Below, piece after piece: positions 50,101-62,249 of a DNA stretch of 64,000 nt. This DNA is from Raillietiella orientalis (taxonomy: Eukaryota). The notes beneath the pieces were generated by a model, which was not told where the DNA came from, searched no databases, and saw nothing but the letters and a program-made list of their open reading frames with translations. Each line of letters opens with the position of its first letter. Position 1 is the stretch's first letter. The stretch is from NCBI GenBank assembly GCA_036172245.1, contig JAYWIR010000018.1:868001-932000 (forward strand), given 5' to 3'. A program made the position numbers and the translations under genes.

Positions 50101-51549
50101 GTGACTCTAGCGGCCGAGCGTCCCGCACCCTGGCCGCGCGTCCTTCCGTCGGCGGCAGGGCCGGCCTTCCTCCTCCCGGGTGCGGGGCCGTTCCCGTCTC
50201 GCCGACTTCGCTCCAGTCGGCGGACAGGCGCCCGCGGAATCGCGCGGAAGGCGCGCGGGTTCCGCCCGCTTGCGGTCGGGCCGAACCTCGGGCGTCGACG
50301 GATGCCGTGACCCACTTGAGCGCGCCGGATGCGTGGCGACCGAGTTCCTCGTGGGCCCGTCGGGGAGCGAAGGGAACCGACGGGTGCCGACCGACGGACT
50401 CCGGCGGCGCCGCGTCTGCGTGCGCCCAGAAGCGAAGCGCCGCTCCCACAGACGGCTCTGCCGACGCGGAGAGGAACGCTCGAGGCGTGCCCACGCGGGG
50501 CGGGAGCGCGGGGAGCATTGCGTGCGGGCAATCGATCGGGACGCGTTCACGAAGGATCGATCCGGAGTCTCGCGGAGGAGACGGAGTCCCGGATCGCAAG
50601 CTCCCGTGGATCGGAAGGCACGGCGGGGACCCCCCACGAGCGCAGGGGTATCCGCTGTGCACGAGGAGCAAGCGGACGCGCATCCCTCCATCCGTCCCGC
50701 CCACGGGACGTGGCGAATTTCGGGGACTTTACGCGTGCTGCTTGGATCGTCCTCCCTCTGATTGCAGGAGGGCGCAGGTTGTTCGGCCGGGTCCGGCGCG
50801 GGGCGACAGGGGATGCCCGCACGCTCGTCCGCTTAGTAACCGCGGACGCTCCTTCCGTTCCGCAGGGGGAACCGCGCCGTGGAAGCGGATGCGACACTTC
50901 CCACCGGGAGTGGCAGGGCAGCTCACTGGAGACGCCCACTTTCCCCCGAAGGGGGGGGACCCCCTTCCCTTGACAAGTATTCCCCTCCCTGCCTTCGCGA
51001 CCGCACCGCACGGGAACGGCAGCGCCCATGGCCTCGGGACCTCACCCGCTCGCCAAGGCGCCTCCGTCCTCCCTTGGCCTTCCCTGGTCGCTCCGCAGGG
51101 GAATCCCCGTGTCTCTGCAGGCAGCTGCTCGGGAGAATGCCTCGTGGTTGCGCTCCTTCCCGAGACAACGCGTCTCCTCGAGCGCCCAGCAAGCTCCAAG
51201 GGAGGACGCCTCCGCAGGCCGAGTGCTGCATTCAACCGGGCCGGCGCGGATGCAGCGGCGACGGCGGTCCTTTCGTTCGTGGGCTCTTTTCGTCCCTCCG
51301 CCGCTTGCACGGCGAGCGCTTCCCGGGCCTTGAACGGCAGGGTGCGCCTCCGGTAGGGGACTCCCCTCCTTGCATCGGGAGAGCGGGAGCGCCGGCGTCG
51401 TTTCCATGCCGACGACGTGCAGGCACCGTCGCGAGGCGCTTGGGGAAAACTGGCGCCGCTGCTGACGCGCGACGCGTCGACGGCGAACGACGCGTGGCGT
51501 CGCCCGGCTCTGCGCGGTGACGGCAGGGCCCGCAGGGTGCGCGGAGCGG

Positions 51550-52050
51550 ACGGTCATCCGTCGGGACGCCGGGGCGCGGGAGAGAGAAGGGCGCAGCTCC
51601 CAGGGTTGCCAACTGCTTTCCGTCGCAAGGAATGTTCCGAAATGGCCAGGTTGCCTTCGGATCCTTCGAGACGGGCTACCTTCGGGGCGTCCGCCGAGGA
51701 GATGGCGGAGCACCCAATGAGGAGCGACCGGCGCAGCATCCCTGCGGGGAGGCGCCGACCTGGAAAGCAGTGCGGAGAAAGCGGGGCGCGTGGAACTGCC
51801 GCACCCAGCCATGAGAGAAAGAGAGCGCAGGCGCCGCGCCGGCTCCGCGCGGGAAGCGGCGTCGCGTCGCTTCGGACATTGAGCAGCGGCCGGTCCGCCT
51901 CTCGCTGCGGCGCGCCCCGTGGCGTCGTGCAGAACGACACCGCGCCTGTCCTCCCTTCGCTCCCCATCCCGGTACGCGCCGGGTCGCATTCCGCCTTTCC
52001 TGGACGGGAGAGTTGACTGGGTTGGCCGAGTGCGCAGCAGGGCTCGGAGC
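51550..52050 (-). mobile_element. Weak non-LTR RT remnant
   Basis: QSTLPSRKG (Q.GFR.G-like) followed by GASPQGC. Confidence 0.3.
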
Positions 52051-53589
52051 ACCTCGCGCTCTCGCGCCGGACGATGAAGGGGCCGCACCTGCGCGGAGCG
52101 ATGGGATGGCAAAGAACCGGGAGGGGAGAGAAGGGATTGTTGGTGCTGGTTCCGGAAGGAACGCAAGGATTCATCTGAAGGAGGAGGGGACGACGACGAC
52201 CTGCTGGTTTCCGGTCGCTGCTTCGAAATCTCGTTGACGCCCGCAGGCGAGGGCCCGGGCCAAGTTTCCGTGGACCGACCCGTCCTTCCGGTATTCCCCC
52301 TGCTTTCGCGCGAGCTCCGAGAGTCCGCGCGAGAGAGCGCGGGATGGGGGCTGGAGGCGTTCCGCGGACTCGTTGGTGCTTTCGCTTCCCTCCGGGCGAA
52401 GGGGCAGGGCGTGCAGTCCTGAGGGATATTCCTCCTCCGTGGAGGGAGGGGAAAGCAGAAACTCCCGCAAACAGAGGTGCGCGGGTTCTCTCGGGGGCTG
52501 GCCTGAGCTGTGCTTCGCTGGGGAGGAAGAGGTCAGGGACGCCGGCGGCGGTGACCCGCTCTTACCTCTCTCGAGCTGGTCGGGGAGCTGCTTCCGGGAC
52601 GTCTCTGCCCTGGTGATTCCCGGCCGCGATCGGCGGAAAGGTCCGCTGCCCTCCCCGCGCACCGCCGTCCGGATGATGCCGCTGCGCCCGGTTTGAGCTC
52701 GCGGCCGCGCCCCGTCACGGGGAAAGGGTACAGGACGGCGTTTCCATGGAAACATCGTCGCGCAAAAAAGTGAAGCTTCGGAAACTGACGGAGGTCCGGG
52801 GTAACGCAGCTCTGTCGGCGTTTGCTTTTTCCCGCTCTCTCCCAAGGGAGGGAGGAGGAGGAGGAGCGTAAAGAGGGAGGAGGAAAGAGAATGGGAGGAG
52901 AGGACAGGCGGCAAGGGAATGCCATCCAGGGAACCGCGAGCGTTCCAGGAAGATGGGCAACTTTCGGGAGTCCTCCCATGAAGCGGGTTCTTCCGGGACT
53001 CTGAAGTCAGGGGCGGCCTCGCAGGGAGAGTTTGGAAGGAGGAGTCGCCCTGTCTCCCGGCGTCAGCCGTGTTCCGGACCTTCCCTCTTCTGGATTGAAG
53101 GAGGAGCTCGGCAGGTGGCGGCTGCCTTCGTCCAGAGACACCGGGCAGGGTAAACTGTGCAGCGGGAAGAAGGAAGACGTAAGGAAGCAGAGGGAGCTGC
53201 GTGCTCCGGGAAGTCCTCCGTCGTCATGGCGACGCCTCCCAATGAACAGGAGGAGAACCCAGAACTCGCCTCACCCCACCCAACCATCCGTCGGGTTTGA
53301 TGGCATGCGGAACGAGGGCGCAGTCTCTCCGTATCCCCTGGTCGTCATCCCCTTCGCCGCTGTTTCCGCATCCCCGGATGGTCTGTCCCCCAGCTGTCCC
53401 TTACATCTCAGCCGGGAGAGGGGTGACTCTGAAGAGGGGAACCGGGAAGCGACTGCGAAGGCCGTGAGCCGATGGCCCCGTCGGTCATTCAAATGAAGGA
53501 TATGCCTTTCCTTCCGATGCGGTTGGGGCGGGACGACCGACAGGGGGGCGTCGTCGAGGCAGTGTACGATGGAACAGACGGAAGTGCTG

Positions 53590-53900
53590 AGGGAAGGGAG
53601 TAGGAGGGAAAGAAGTTAAGGGGAAGAGGAGAAGGAAGAAGGGAAAGAAGGGTTGTAGTAGGTGTAGAAGGAAGGACAAAGAAGGGAGGGAAAGAGAAGG
53701 AGGAGGAAGTGGAGAAAGTCAAGAAGGGTAGAAGAGAGGAGGAGGAGGACGAATGAAAGAGGAAAAAGAGAAAAGACTGATAGAGGGCGGATAGGAAGTG
53801 GGGAAAGAATATAGGAAGGAGAGGAGAAGGAGAAGGTGGGGACGAGAAGGGAGTGAAAAGGGGAAAGGGTAAGGGGTAATAGGTGGTAAAGGGAAGGTCA
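53590..53900 (+). repeat. Polypurine (G/A-rich) low-complexity tract
   Basis: About 310 nt of irregular GGA/GAA/AGG units with very few C. Confidence 0.9.
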
Positions 53901-54779
53901 GCGAGGCCACTTTGACCTATCGTGGGAAGTCGGCGCGCTTATTCCTGGGAAATCTCCCTGAAATAGTGCAGGGTAATCCGGAATCGAAGCGGAGATCCCA
54001 CAGGGATGAATTCTCTTCTGCGGCTCCTACGAGGGATTGACGAAGAGCCAGCGCTTCCACCAGGAAGGTTCCCTGGTAAGCTTGTTGGTGAAGACTTGCG
54101 GCCATGGAGTCGTGGCGCACCTCCGCCGTATTTTCTTTCAGGTGCTGCGGGAGAGTGGAAGACGCGTCGGGTGGTCTCTGCTTCACTGCAAGGGCAAGCG
54201 TAAGGCAGTTGCGAGTCCACAAGTGACGCAAGGCGGCGTGGTCACCTCTCTGCTGGCCACGCAGCTCGGAGGGACTCCCTGAAGTCGACGATGCTTCCTA
54301 CTCCCTTCCGTTCCGCGTCCTGGACGTTCGCCCCCCCCCCCCGTTCCTTGCTGCCGACCCTCGCACCCCCTGACTGTCCCGGCACGCTCTCGCGCAGGGC
54401 GGGGTCACCACTCTTCCCGCCAGAGGACTCGCTCCGCACTTCTTCCCTCCAGTTTCCTCCTCAGGACGAGGAGCCTCCGTAAACCAACACGCGGTCCATG
54501 GTCGACGTCAAAGAGGAGTCTTCGAAGTTGCTCGCGTCCTCTCGCTGCCCGGACGGGAGAGCGTGCGCCGACCCTCCTTCCGGTGCTCCCGCCGCGGTCC
54601 GTCGGAGCTCACCTGGAGCCCCACTTCGCACGAGCGAGGGCTCACGGAGGCGGCCACCTTCGCTCCTTTCCCGGGCCGGATGGTGGGCGGAGAACCTCAG
54701 TTTGCTCCATTGCGCCCCTTCCTCTCATCAGGATCTTTTCCTCCTTGGTGCTCGGGGTTCCCGTCTGGCTCCGCCTGTC

Positions 54780-56290
54780 GTGGTCGATGAAGAAATTTCC
54801 CGACCCTGGGGCCCCAGACCGCTCCCTTCGTGTCGAGGCCCACCGGGACGACGAACCTGGAGGTCTTCAGGCTGCGCATCTCGGTCCCTTCTGGCCCCTG
54901 TTCAAGGAGTTCTTGCCAACTCCATCGCCGTCATCCCGAGTGCCTTCGTCAGTGGAGAGGAAGGTTCCTTGGAGCCCCATCCTCGTGTTTTTCTTTGGTC
55001 TTCTTCGAGGGGGAATGGAGGAGGGGCAACTCCCACCTGCGCCACCGTTCCTGCTCCCTTCCAGGGACGCGCAGGAGGTTGCGGATGTGCTCCTCCGGCG
55101 TCCCTCAGTTGGCGGAATGGCACTGGGCTGTTCGCCGGGAACGCCTCTTTCTGGAGCGGGCTCGTCCTGCTGCGGCTGCTCTCCTTGTGATCGCCGAGGC
55201 ACCTCCATCGCCGGTGCAGCGCACGAAAACGACGAGGAGCGTTCCGTCCTCAATGGCCGCCCCCTCGCAGAGGCGTCCACTCAGGCCGGAAAAATCCCTC
55301 CTCTTCCCCTTCTGGTTCCATGGGTCCCAGGAAACAATCCTCTCCCCGGTCTGGCTCCTTCTCCGGATCTCTGCGAGAGAAGGAGCTCGTCTAACCCCGC
55401 TCTTGCGACCTCCGAGACGGGGAGACGCCTCCGTGCGCCGGATTCCAGGCCAATCCTTCTTTCCAGGATTCGCCGACGAATCCTGGAAGGAAGGATTCGT
55501 TGACGAATTCTGCCACTTTTCACGCGCCTCCCTCGAGACATGCATGAGCGGGAGACTCAGCCCCATCTGGGAGGGGCAACGTGACCTCTTCACACATTTC
55601 CGTCTCACCGAAAACAGAGAGCTAATCTTCGGGAACAGCTCGCTTCGCCGTCTCAGCATGCCCGCGGCTGCGGTCTCCGAGTGTCAAGGGTTCGAATCCC
55701 AAGCATCGACGCCAGAGAAATGGATGCGTCATGGGTTTCGAGTTCCCCCCGCAAGATCACACAGGTTGACCTGTAGGCTTCGAGTGTGGCATGGGAGGAA
55801 GCCGGATGCCCCCGTTGACTGGCCCGCCAGGAATCAAGGAGTCCTTCGGGGTTCCCCTCCTGTTGCGAAGATAGAGCCTCCATCGAGTACCATGGATCTG
55901 GTGGATTGGTGATGCCTCTCCAAAGTATGAAGGTCTGCTTCCTTAGGGAGCGACCCTCCAGAGAAAATTGGGAAGCGTCTCTTCGGGATTCTCTTCACAG
56001 GAGGAAGCAGGGAGCGGTTCCCTTGCGGACTCCTTTCGGAGAGGAAATTCCAGGAGCACAGATCCTTTCCTGGTTCCCTCGTAATAAGAAGCGAGGTGTG
56101 GTCTCCAAAAGGACTCCTCCGGAGAGAATAAGGAGGTACCCTTTGGTGTTCCCTTCCAGGAGTGAGACGAATGGACTCCTTCCTTCAGAGCCTTCCTGTA
56201 TTCATACGGTGGTCCCTCTAGGGTTACCCCCTCCCCCCTAACTTGAAGAGTCACACGCACCCTCTAGTGGCGTGGACTTGGATGCGCGGT
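54780..56290 (+). mobile_element. L1/Tx1-like RT/thumb remnant
   Basis: GPPG..PFW (PGPDG..FW-like) ~54840-54895, EGFVDEF ~55495; 55680-56290 is a diverged direct copy of 12270-12850. Confidence 0.55.
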
Positions 56291-56799
56291 GCCACTTGCC
56301 ACGTTTTTATTTTTTTTGGTTTTGCAACCTCTTCTACAACTGACACAAAGGGCAACGCGCCACGATGGAGGAACTCTGGAGCAAAACGAAATTCTCGATC
56401 TTCCCGTGACTCCTGGGCACTCCGAGAATCAAAATTCCCGAACTCCCACATTCTCATCGAAAAGACTTTACACTCTCATTCAAAGAATCGCTGCTGCCTT
56501 TTCCTTTCCTTAGCAGCATCGTCGTCACCTAGGTTCGGGGCACCCCTGTTTCCGCCCATCTGCACCATTGCCGTCATCTTGTAGAAGAAGAGAGTTCAGT
56601 TCTGAGAGAAATCGCCGCAAAAATGCAGCTACTCCCACTTTGTGTCGCAGCTGTTCTTTGATTTTTCTTTTTTTTTCGAAAGGAAAGATCAGCTGTCCAG
56701 ACATCGGAATTTCCTTTGAGTGTCGCGGGCAGCTGGAAAGCTGCGGCGTACCACATCCACCTCGAAGGGCGCTTCCCTCGCCTCCGTGGATCATCCACT

Positions 56800-57338
56800 A
56801 GAAGCGCAAGTGAGCTTGCGCTTGGGATTTTCGGCCAACATACGGTCGAAAAGCTCGAAGGCGGTCAGGTTGTTCATCTCTGACGAGGTTGCTGGCATCT
56901 TTCTTGCAGAGCGCAACGTCTCCGTCTGCCTATGGCAGCGATCAAGACGGATTCCAGGCACTAGCAGAAACTCTTCAACAGGTTGTTGCCGACCAGCAAG
57001 ACTCGGCGGACCAGTCCTCTCGTCCACGAGAAAATGGATGCCAGAGGATTGATGGACCTTTCTTTGCCATGCTGATGCAGGCAGTAGTGTCTGGTGACTG
57101 TGCCGTGAGCAGCCTCCGACTCCATTGTCTTCCTGTATCGGTGCATTCTAGGAGGTCATAGTTCGAATCCCTGGGCGGCGCAGTCGGGCTGCTTGCCCTC
57201 ATCGTCGTCCTTGCAGACGCACACGGAACCGCCCTTGGACTTCACCGCCTGGGCGACCATGTCGTCGATCAGCCTGTGCTCGTAAACTAGGCACGCCTCC
57301 TTGATACTGGACCGGTAGCTCCCTCTGTACACGTCCTC
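56800..57338 (-). pseudogene. IDH1: NADP-dependent isocitrate dehydrogenase processed pseudogene (C-terminal part only)
   Basis: YEHRLIDDMVAQAVKSKGG..CK..AQGF, frameshift, [37 protein letters not shown], stop, CLESV, frameshift, LTAFELFDRMLAENPKRKL. These are clear eukaryotic NADP-IDH motifs; the C-terminus resembles animal cytosolic IDH1 (YLNTFEF.DKL.ENL). No introns in the retained part. Confidence 0.9.
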
Positions 57339-57849
57339 TGTCCTTTGATAGACCAACCCTCGGAGAAAATACGACAGAAGGATTCTTGTCCCCATGGTAA
57401 CGCTACTTCCTGCGATGCTCAAAGTGGTTCGTGCAGTTTCCACTCAACCTTCCTAGTTATCAGAATCCACCACTTTACGGGCGTTTCGAAAGCAGAAAAG
57501 GGCTTTTTCAGAATGCTCACTGGCCCTCAAGATTCCCCGCTGCTTTAGATGCTGCCTCCATGGAAACCTTCCAAAAGAACGAGCCTTCGTAATCGAGCTG
57601 CGAGTGGCCAGTCGTTTGCAAAGGGTTCGTGGTTCCAGAGTTTGGGAACTGCGGATCTGGGCACCGGCTTGCTCCGAGCCATCGGTCGACTTCCTGTCAT
57701 CTGGAGATGAAGTCTTGGTGTCTCCGATGGCTGGAGAGGATCGGACAGGCGGGGATGCAGCAGATAAGAGCGAATGGGAACCCACGAGAGAGGCGAAGGA
57801 AAAAGGGTCTGCAAGAAGGCATGATCCCTGCCGAACAGGCGGGTTGCCT

Positions 57850-58740
57850 CCAGAAGGCCAGCCAGCTTTCCGAAATGGCGAAAACGCGGGTTTGAAATGA
57901 ATCCTTTGGCCCTGTTTTATTGGCGAGGCGATCCTCAGACCAGAGTTCTTCATCCACTTCACTTTCCCTTTCGTGCTTGCTAGCTTGCCGAAAGGATCCC
58001 CTCCCTTTAGCCGTGGATCTGAGAAGCTGTCGTTCCTGAGTCTTAGAAGCGTCCGGCACGAACTTGGGAGAATCCCATGATTGGAAAAGGGATCCGAACC
58101 AGCGAAAGAGGAACCCGCGACGCAGGATCCTTGGGAGCGCAGAAACACCAGAGACATCTCTGCAGGCAGAGTGCTGTTTGCAGAGATGACCAGCAAGCTT
58201 CAGCAGCTGCGCAGCAGCCGATCCACCTGCTCAACCAATCGACAGTAACCCTCCTAAGTGAACGGGTAGTGGTGGAGATCATCTCCACGACCCGTTCAAG
58301 ACAGCACGGGTTTCACGAAGAAACAGCTTCTGATCTTCGAACCGCGCCTGTGGCACCAAGAACGCCAACTCGGGGGTTGGATTCAAACCAGGGATCCCCT
58401 TTCCGGGGACCTGAAGTTCTCCACGAGAGCAGATGAAGAGACAAACTCTTCCGCTCCTTCTCCCGAATCGCGTGATTAATGAATGGGCCGACTGTCTCGA
58501 GCAAACACGTGGGGGATTCTCGCTCTCTCGAGTGAGCTACGTCGTGCTCGGATGCATCTCCTTCGAAGGGCTGGCAGCCTCCAAGGCGCAATGTGATTGC
58601 GATCTGATCTGATTTGATTAGGGGACCTACACGATGAGCTACTTGATCGTGGGCAACACGAAAACTGGACGTGTTGGCGCAAGCTAATAACGGACGATCG
58701 CTCGTGATGGACCAGACTTCTTTAACGTAATCCATGTGAA
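57850..58740 (-). mobile_element. R2/NeSL-like RT remnant
   Basis: DRPLLACANTSSFRV..VAHRV..SEH..INHA..KSLSL, then NSGLRI (GL.I.P.K-like). Confidence 0.45.
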
Positions 58741-59279
58741 GTGGACGTCAAGAACGCAGGAGGCACCTCCAGGTTGCAAGTGGATCCTCGTCCTCGCCGG
58801 GAAACACGCCGACCTTATCAGCTCGGAGAGGGGGGTGTTTGAACGATGACGGATTTTCCCTACTTTCGAAACGGCGAAATTTGGGCAGATGGCGGGCACC
58901 CCGCATCGGTGGCGATGCCGGCGGAAACGGCACTGGCTGGCGGCGGGAATCGTGCTTCGATGGGCGCGCGCGTTCTTCCCTTCGTTCCCCCTCGCGCGTG
59001 CTTTCCTCTCCCTCTCTGATCCCACTTTCCTCTCTGATCCAGCGGAGATGCCTCTACGAAATCAAAATCGTGAACACTTTTCCGGGTTGACATCTGCTGT
59101 GCCTGCTGCTCCCTGAAAGATGGAATATGGAAAACGCGATCTTCAAGCTGTTGCGCATCGTGGAATTGAAAAGCGCTTCTGTGTTTTCATGGCTACCACG
59201 AAATATTAGACCTCATTATGGTGATAAAATTCTGCTGTAAAGAGAGAGAAAGAGAGAGACCCTTCGTCCTTTGCTTAAT

Positions 59280-60800
59280 GCAAAAACTCGAAAAATACGG
59301 TGACTGGGAGGGAATTTGGTTTGCATGTCCTCTGAATCAGTTGCTTCTCCTTTGAAGTCCTAGACAATCTGAAGGCTCCAACGTCCGCACGGTCGTACGG
59401 GAGAAATATCTGACACGTCTTTTCCCCTTGGAGGGCTGCTGTGCACAGCTTCAACTCAATTTGCAATCATCTGAAGGGAAGGCTGCTTACCTCTTACGAA
59501 ATGCAGCCACACCAGGGCCCTCAGAAACGTTCCGCATTTCTGCTTTAATGGACGTCGTCGCTGGCTGGCGAATCCCGCCGAGTCAGCAAGAGAATCGGAA
59601 CGAACACCAGCAAACCTTTTTGTCTGCAAGTCGGATTTTCCCCCGGTTCACTCCGCCCCCATCCCGGCATCCACGAGCGAACCAAGATGGCGCCTGCTCC
59701 CCACAGCGACCGGCCAGAACGCACCCCACGGTTTTGGAAGTAGGGATCAGGGAAGTGACTGACGGCGTAGCTTCGCAGAGCTGCGCAGCTACGAGTCCGT
59801 GCTCTTATCCGCTTCGAAGTTGGTTTGAACCTGAATGGGGAGTTGGCTCTTGGGATCTCTCTTGCCACAAGGAACCCGACCTGCTCTCAAGCTTGACTCT
59901 CTCTCAGACGGTTTTCGATCCCACGTCCTCTCAGTGCCTCATCAGTGCATCTCGAGGTCTCTGCGATCAAGTGGACAGGTCACACGCTTCTGCCTAAGCG
60001 AGCATCTCTCCTCAGAGGCAGGTCATAGATTAGAACGTTCCTCGTCGGTGCTGCTCTTCCGACAGAGATGAAACACCCACCCTCCGCAGCGGTGGCCATC
60101 AGGGACAAAAGCAATGGTAGCTGTGTCGCCGTTTATAGGTCCAGGAATTTCCAGCCTCAAAGCGCAGCCCAGATCATCTTGGTCGTTCGAAATTTCCCGG
60201 CAACCGAAGCTCCACTCCTCGCGGTATGAAAGGAGAGGAGTGAGAGAGCTCGAGGAAAGGATTTTAGAAAAATTCCGCGACAGTTGCATCTCGATGTGCT
60301 GGTGACCAGCAAAAATAATTCTGATCTCATCCAGGAATTCCAAGCAGTCTGGAACGCTGGGAAACGCCAATTCTGTTCGCACGTTCTAGCAGTAAGTGCT
60401 GAAGAAGCTGCAGAACAGACACTACTGCACCATGCTATGTCTCAGATCGCAATACAGTGCACAAGAATAAATCAGAATGGCCCCCATAAGAAAACGTGAT
60501 TCCAAGCTCCTTATATGAATCGATGAATCCCATAACACCTGTACCCCAAGTTCCACTGAAGTGCCTGTCCACTCTTCTTACCTTTCCATAAAGAGAATTG
60601 GATGCATTCATTCACGTACACCCTCGATTTTTTTTCCATCTCAGCAACACGCACGACTTTATCACTATCTTCAGAGCCATCTTTCGTTCTCGGCTTGGAA
60701 ACCAATCTACAAGAGATGCTGACATCTCCCTGGTGCCTGAAGGGCATAATTGAAAAAGAGGTATGATAATTGGGGAGAGTGCTCAAGCTGAAGGTAAGTG
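59280..60800 (-). mobile_element. R2/NeSL-like remnant (RT to REL)
   Basis: LSTL..SDKVVRVAE..WNLGY (RT), thumb-like 60000-60400, WGR..PTCRQKG (zinc finger), QIELK..EK (REL-like). Confidence 0.4.
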
Positions 60801-62249
60801 CAAGGCATGCAGAACACAGGGATGTTGTTTTTTCATCTTGACGCAGGGATGCCAGAGCAGGTATTTAGATCGAGTTGCGTCCCTCGATGTGAGGCTTCCT
60901 CCTGCTCGCCTTCGACCGGAGCGCTAGCCAACGATCCGGCATCAGTTTTCGGCTGAATGCTGTTGCTCGTTCCAGCTGGTGAACTGGGATCAGTGCGACA
61001 AGTGTTAATGACTGTGTGAAAAATAAGGCTCGGAGCGATTGCCAGCTATGCGAGCGGCGTGGAACGGCCAATGATGGATGAATGGAAGCGAGGAGAAAGC
61101 CGGGAAGAGGACTCTGGAAGAATTTTGCTTTGCAGAGCGCCTTTTCCAAGGGAAACGCGCGTCCCGCGATGCTACGGGATCGCCTCGGTACTTTCGGAAA
61201 AAGGCCCGCCACCGGATTCGACCGTGTTGCGGTCCGGCTGGGACCGCTGACACCTCATACGCGCAGCGCACGTGGGAGAAGAGCTGCTGCTCCTTGGCTA
61301 ATGGCCGCAGGTTCAGCTCTATGGTGAAAGAAGAAGGAAAAAAAAAAGACATAAAGGAAAGTAAGAAAAGAAAGCTCTTTCCGGATGGCATTCGACGCAC
61401 TGTTCCCTCTCTGGAACTTTCCCCTGCGTTCCTCGCTCTTCCAGCGCGCGTGCTTCCCGGGAAGGCACCCAGCACGAATTTCGGCAAGGATTCTAGGCTC
61501 CCCTGCCTCAGTCGCGAAACTTCGCGCTGCTCCCTGGACGACGTTCCACAAAGTGCATCTTGGAGGGAACGATCTCCACGGAACGCTTCTTCGGTGCCTG
61601 CGAGCAAGAGAGGAACTTCCCGATCGATATCAACAACTCACGAGTTCGCACTCGCGCGGTTCCATCGGGGCCTGCTCCGAGGGAGAGCGGAAGCGCGCCT
61701 CCATGGAAACCGTTTCCTCGACTCCCTCCTCCCTCTGCGTGCGTCGGAGTTTCCCGCTTTCGCGTCCCTTAGCTCACTCTCTTGTGCGCGCGCGTGCATG
61801 ATGTGTGTCCCCCCGGCTTCCTCGTTTCGACGTGCTGGTCACCGTGCCCTTTCTCGCTGCGCAGTTAGGCCAGGCCCAGGGAAGCGAAACGCTTCCGTGG
61901 CGTCCCTGCTTCAGGTCCTCGCGGTAACTCGTAACCCGACGCCAAGGGGGATTTCTCGCGTCGGTCGTCCGAACGCGAAGAATGAGGAGGCGGGTGACAG
62001 TGGCACTTGGCATCCTGAAAACGAAGCGTTCCCACAGAAGGCAGGAAAACTCGGTTCCCCAAGCACACGTGTTCCTTTCTTGCAGCGCTGGTTTGGATTC
62101 GGCGACCACAAAAGAAAAAAAAAAAAAGGGATACAAAACGGGAGCTGAACGATGCGAAGAAGTCGAGCAGCCTGAGGTTCAGGCCTGCCCGAAGGTCCTC
62201 AACCTGAATTCCGGCCACCTCGCAGGACGTAGAAGGGATGCATCCCTCA

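Noticed and set aside
55685..55705. GGTTCGAATCCC B-box/tRNA-like motif (also ~12337, ~41058, ~57160)
   Set aside because: No A-box or cloverleaf; hits lie inside L1-like or IDH coding remnants, and the homologous copy at ~12285 lacks the consensus.
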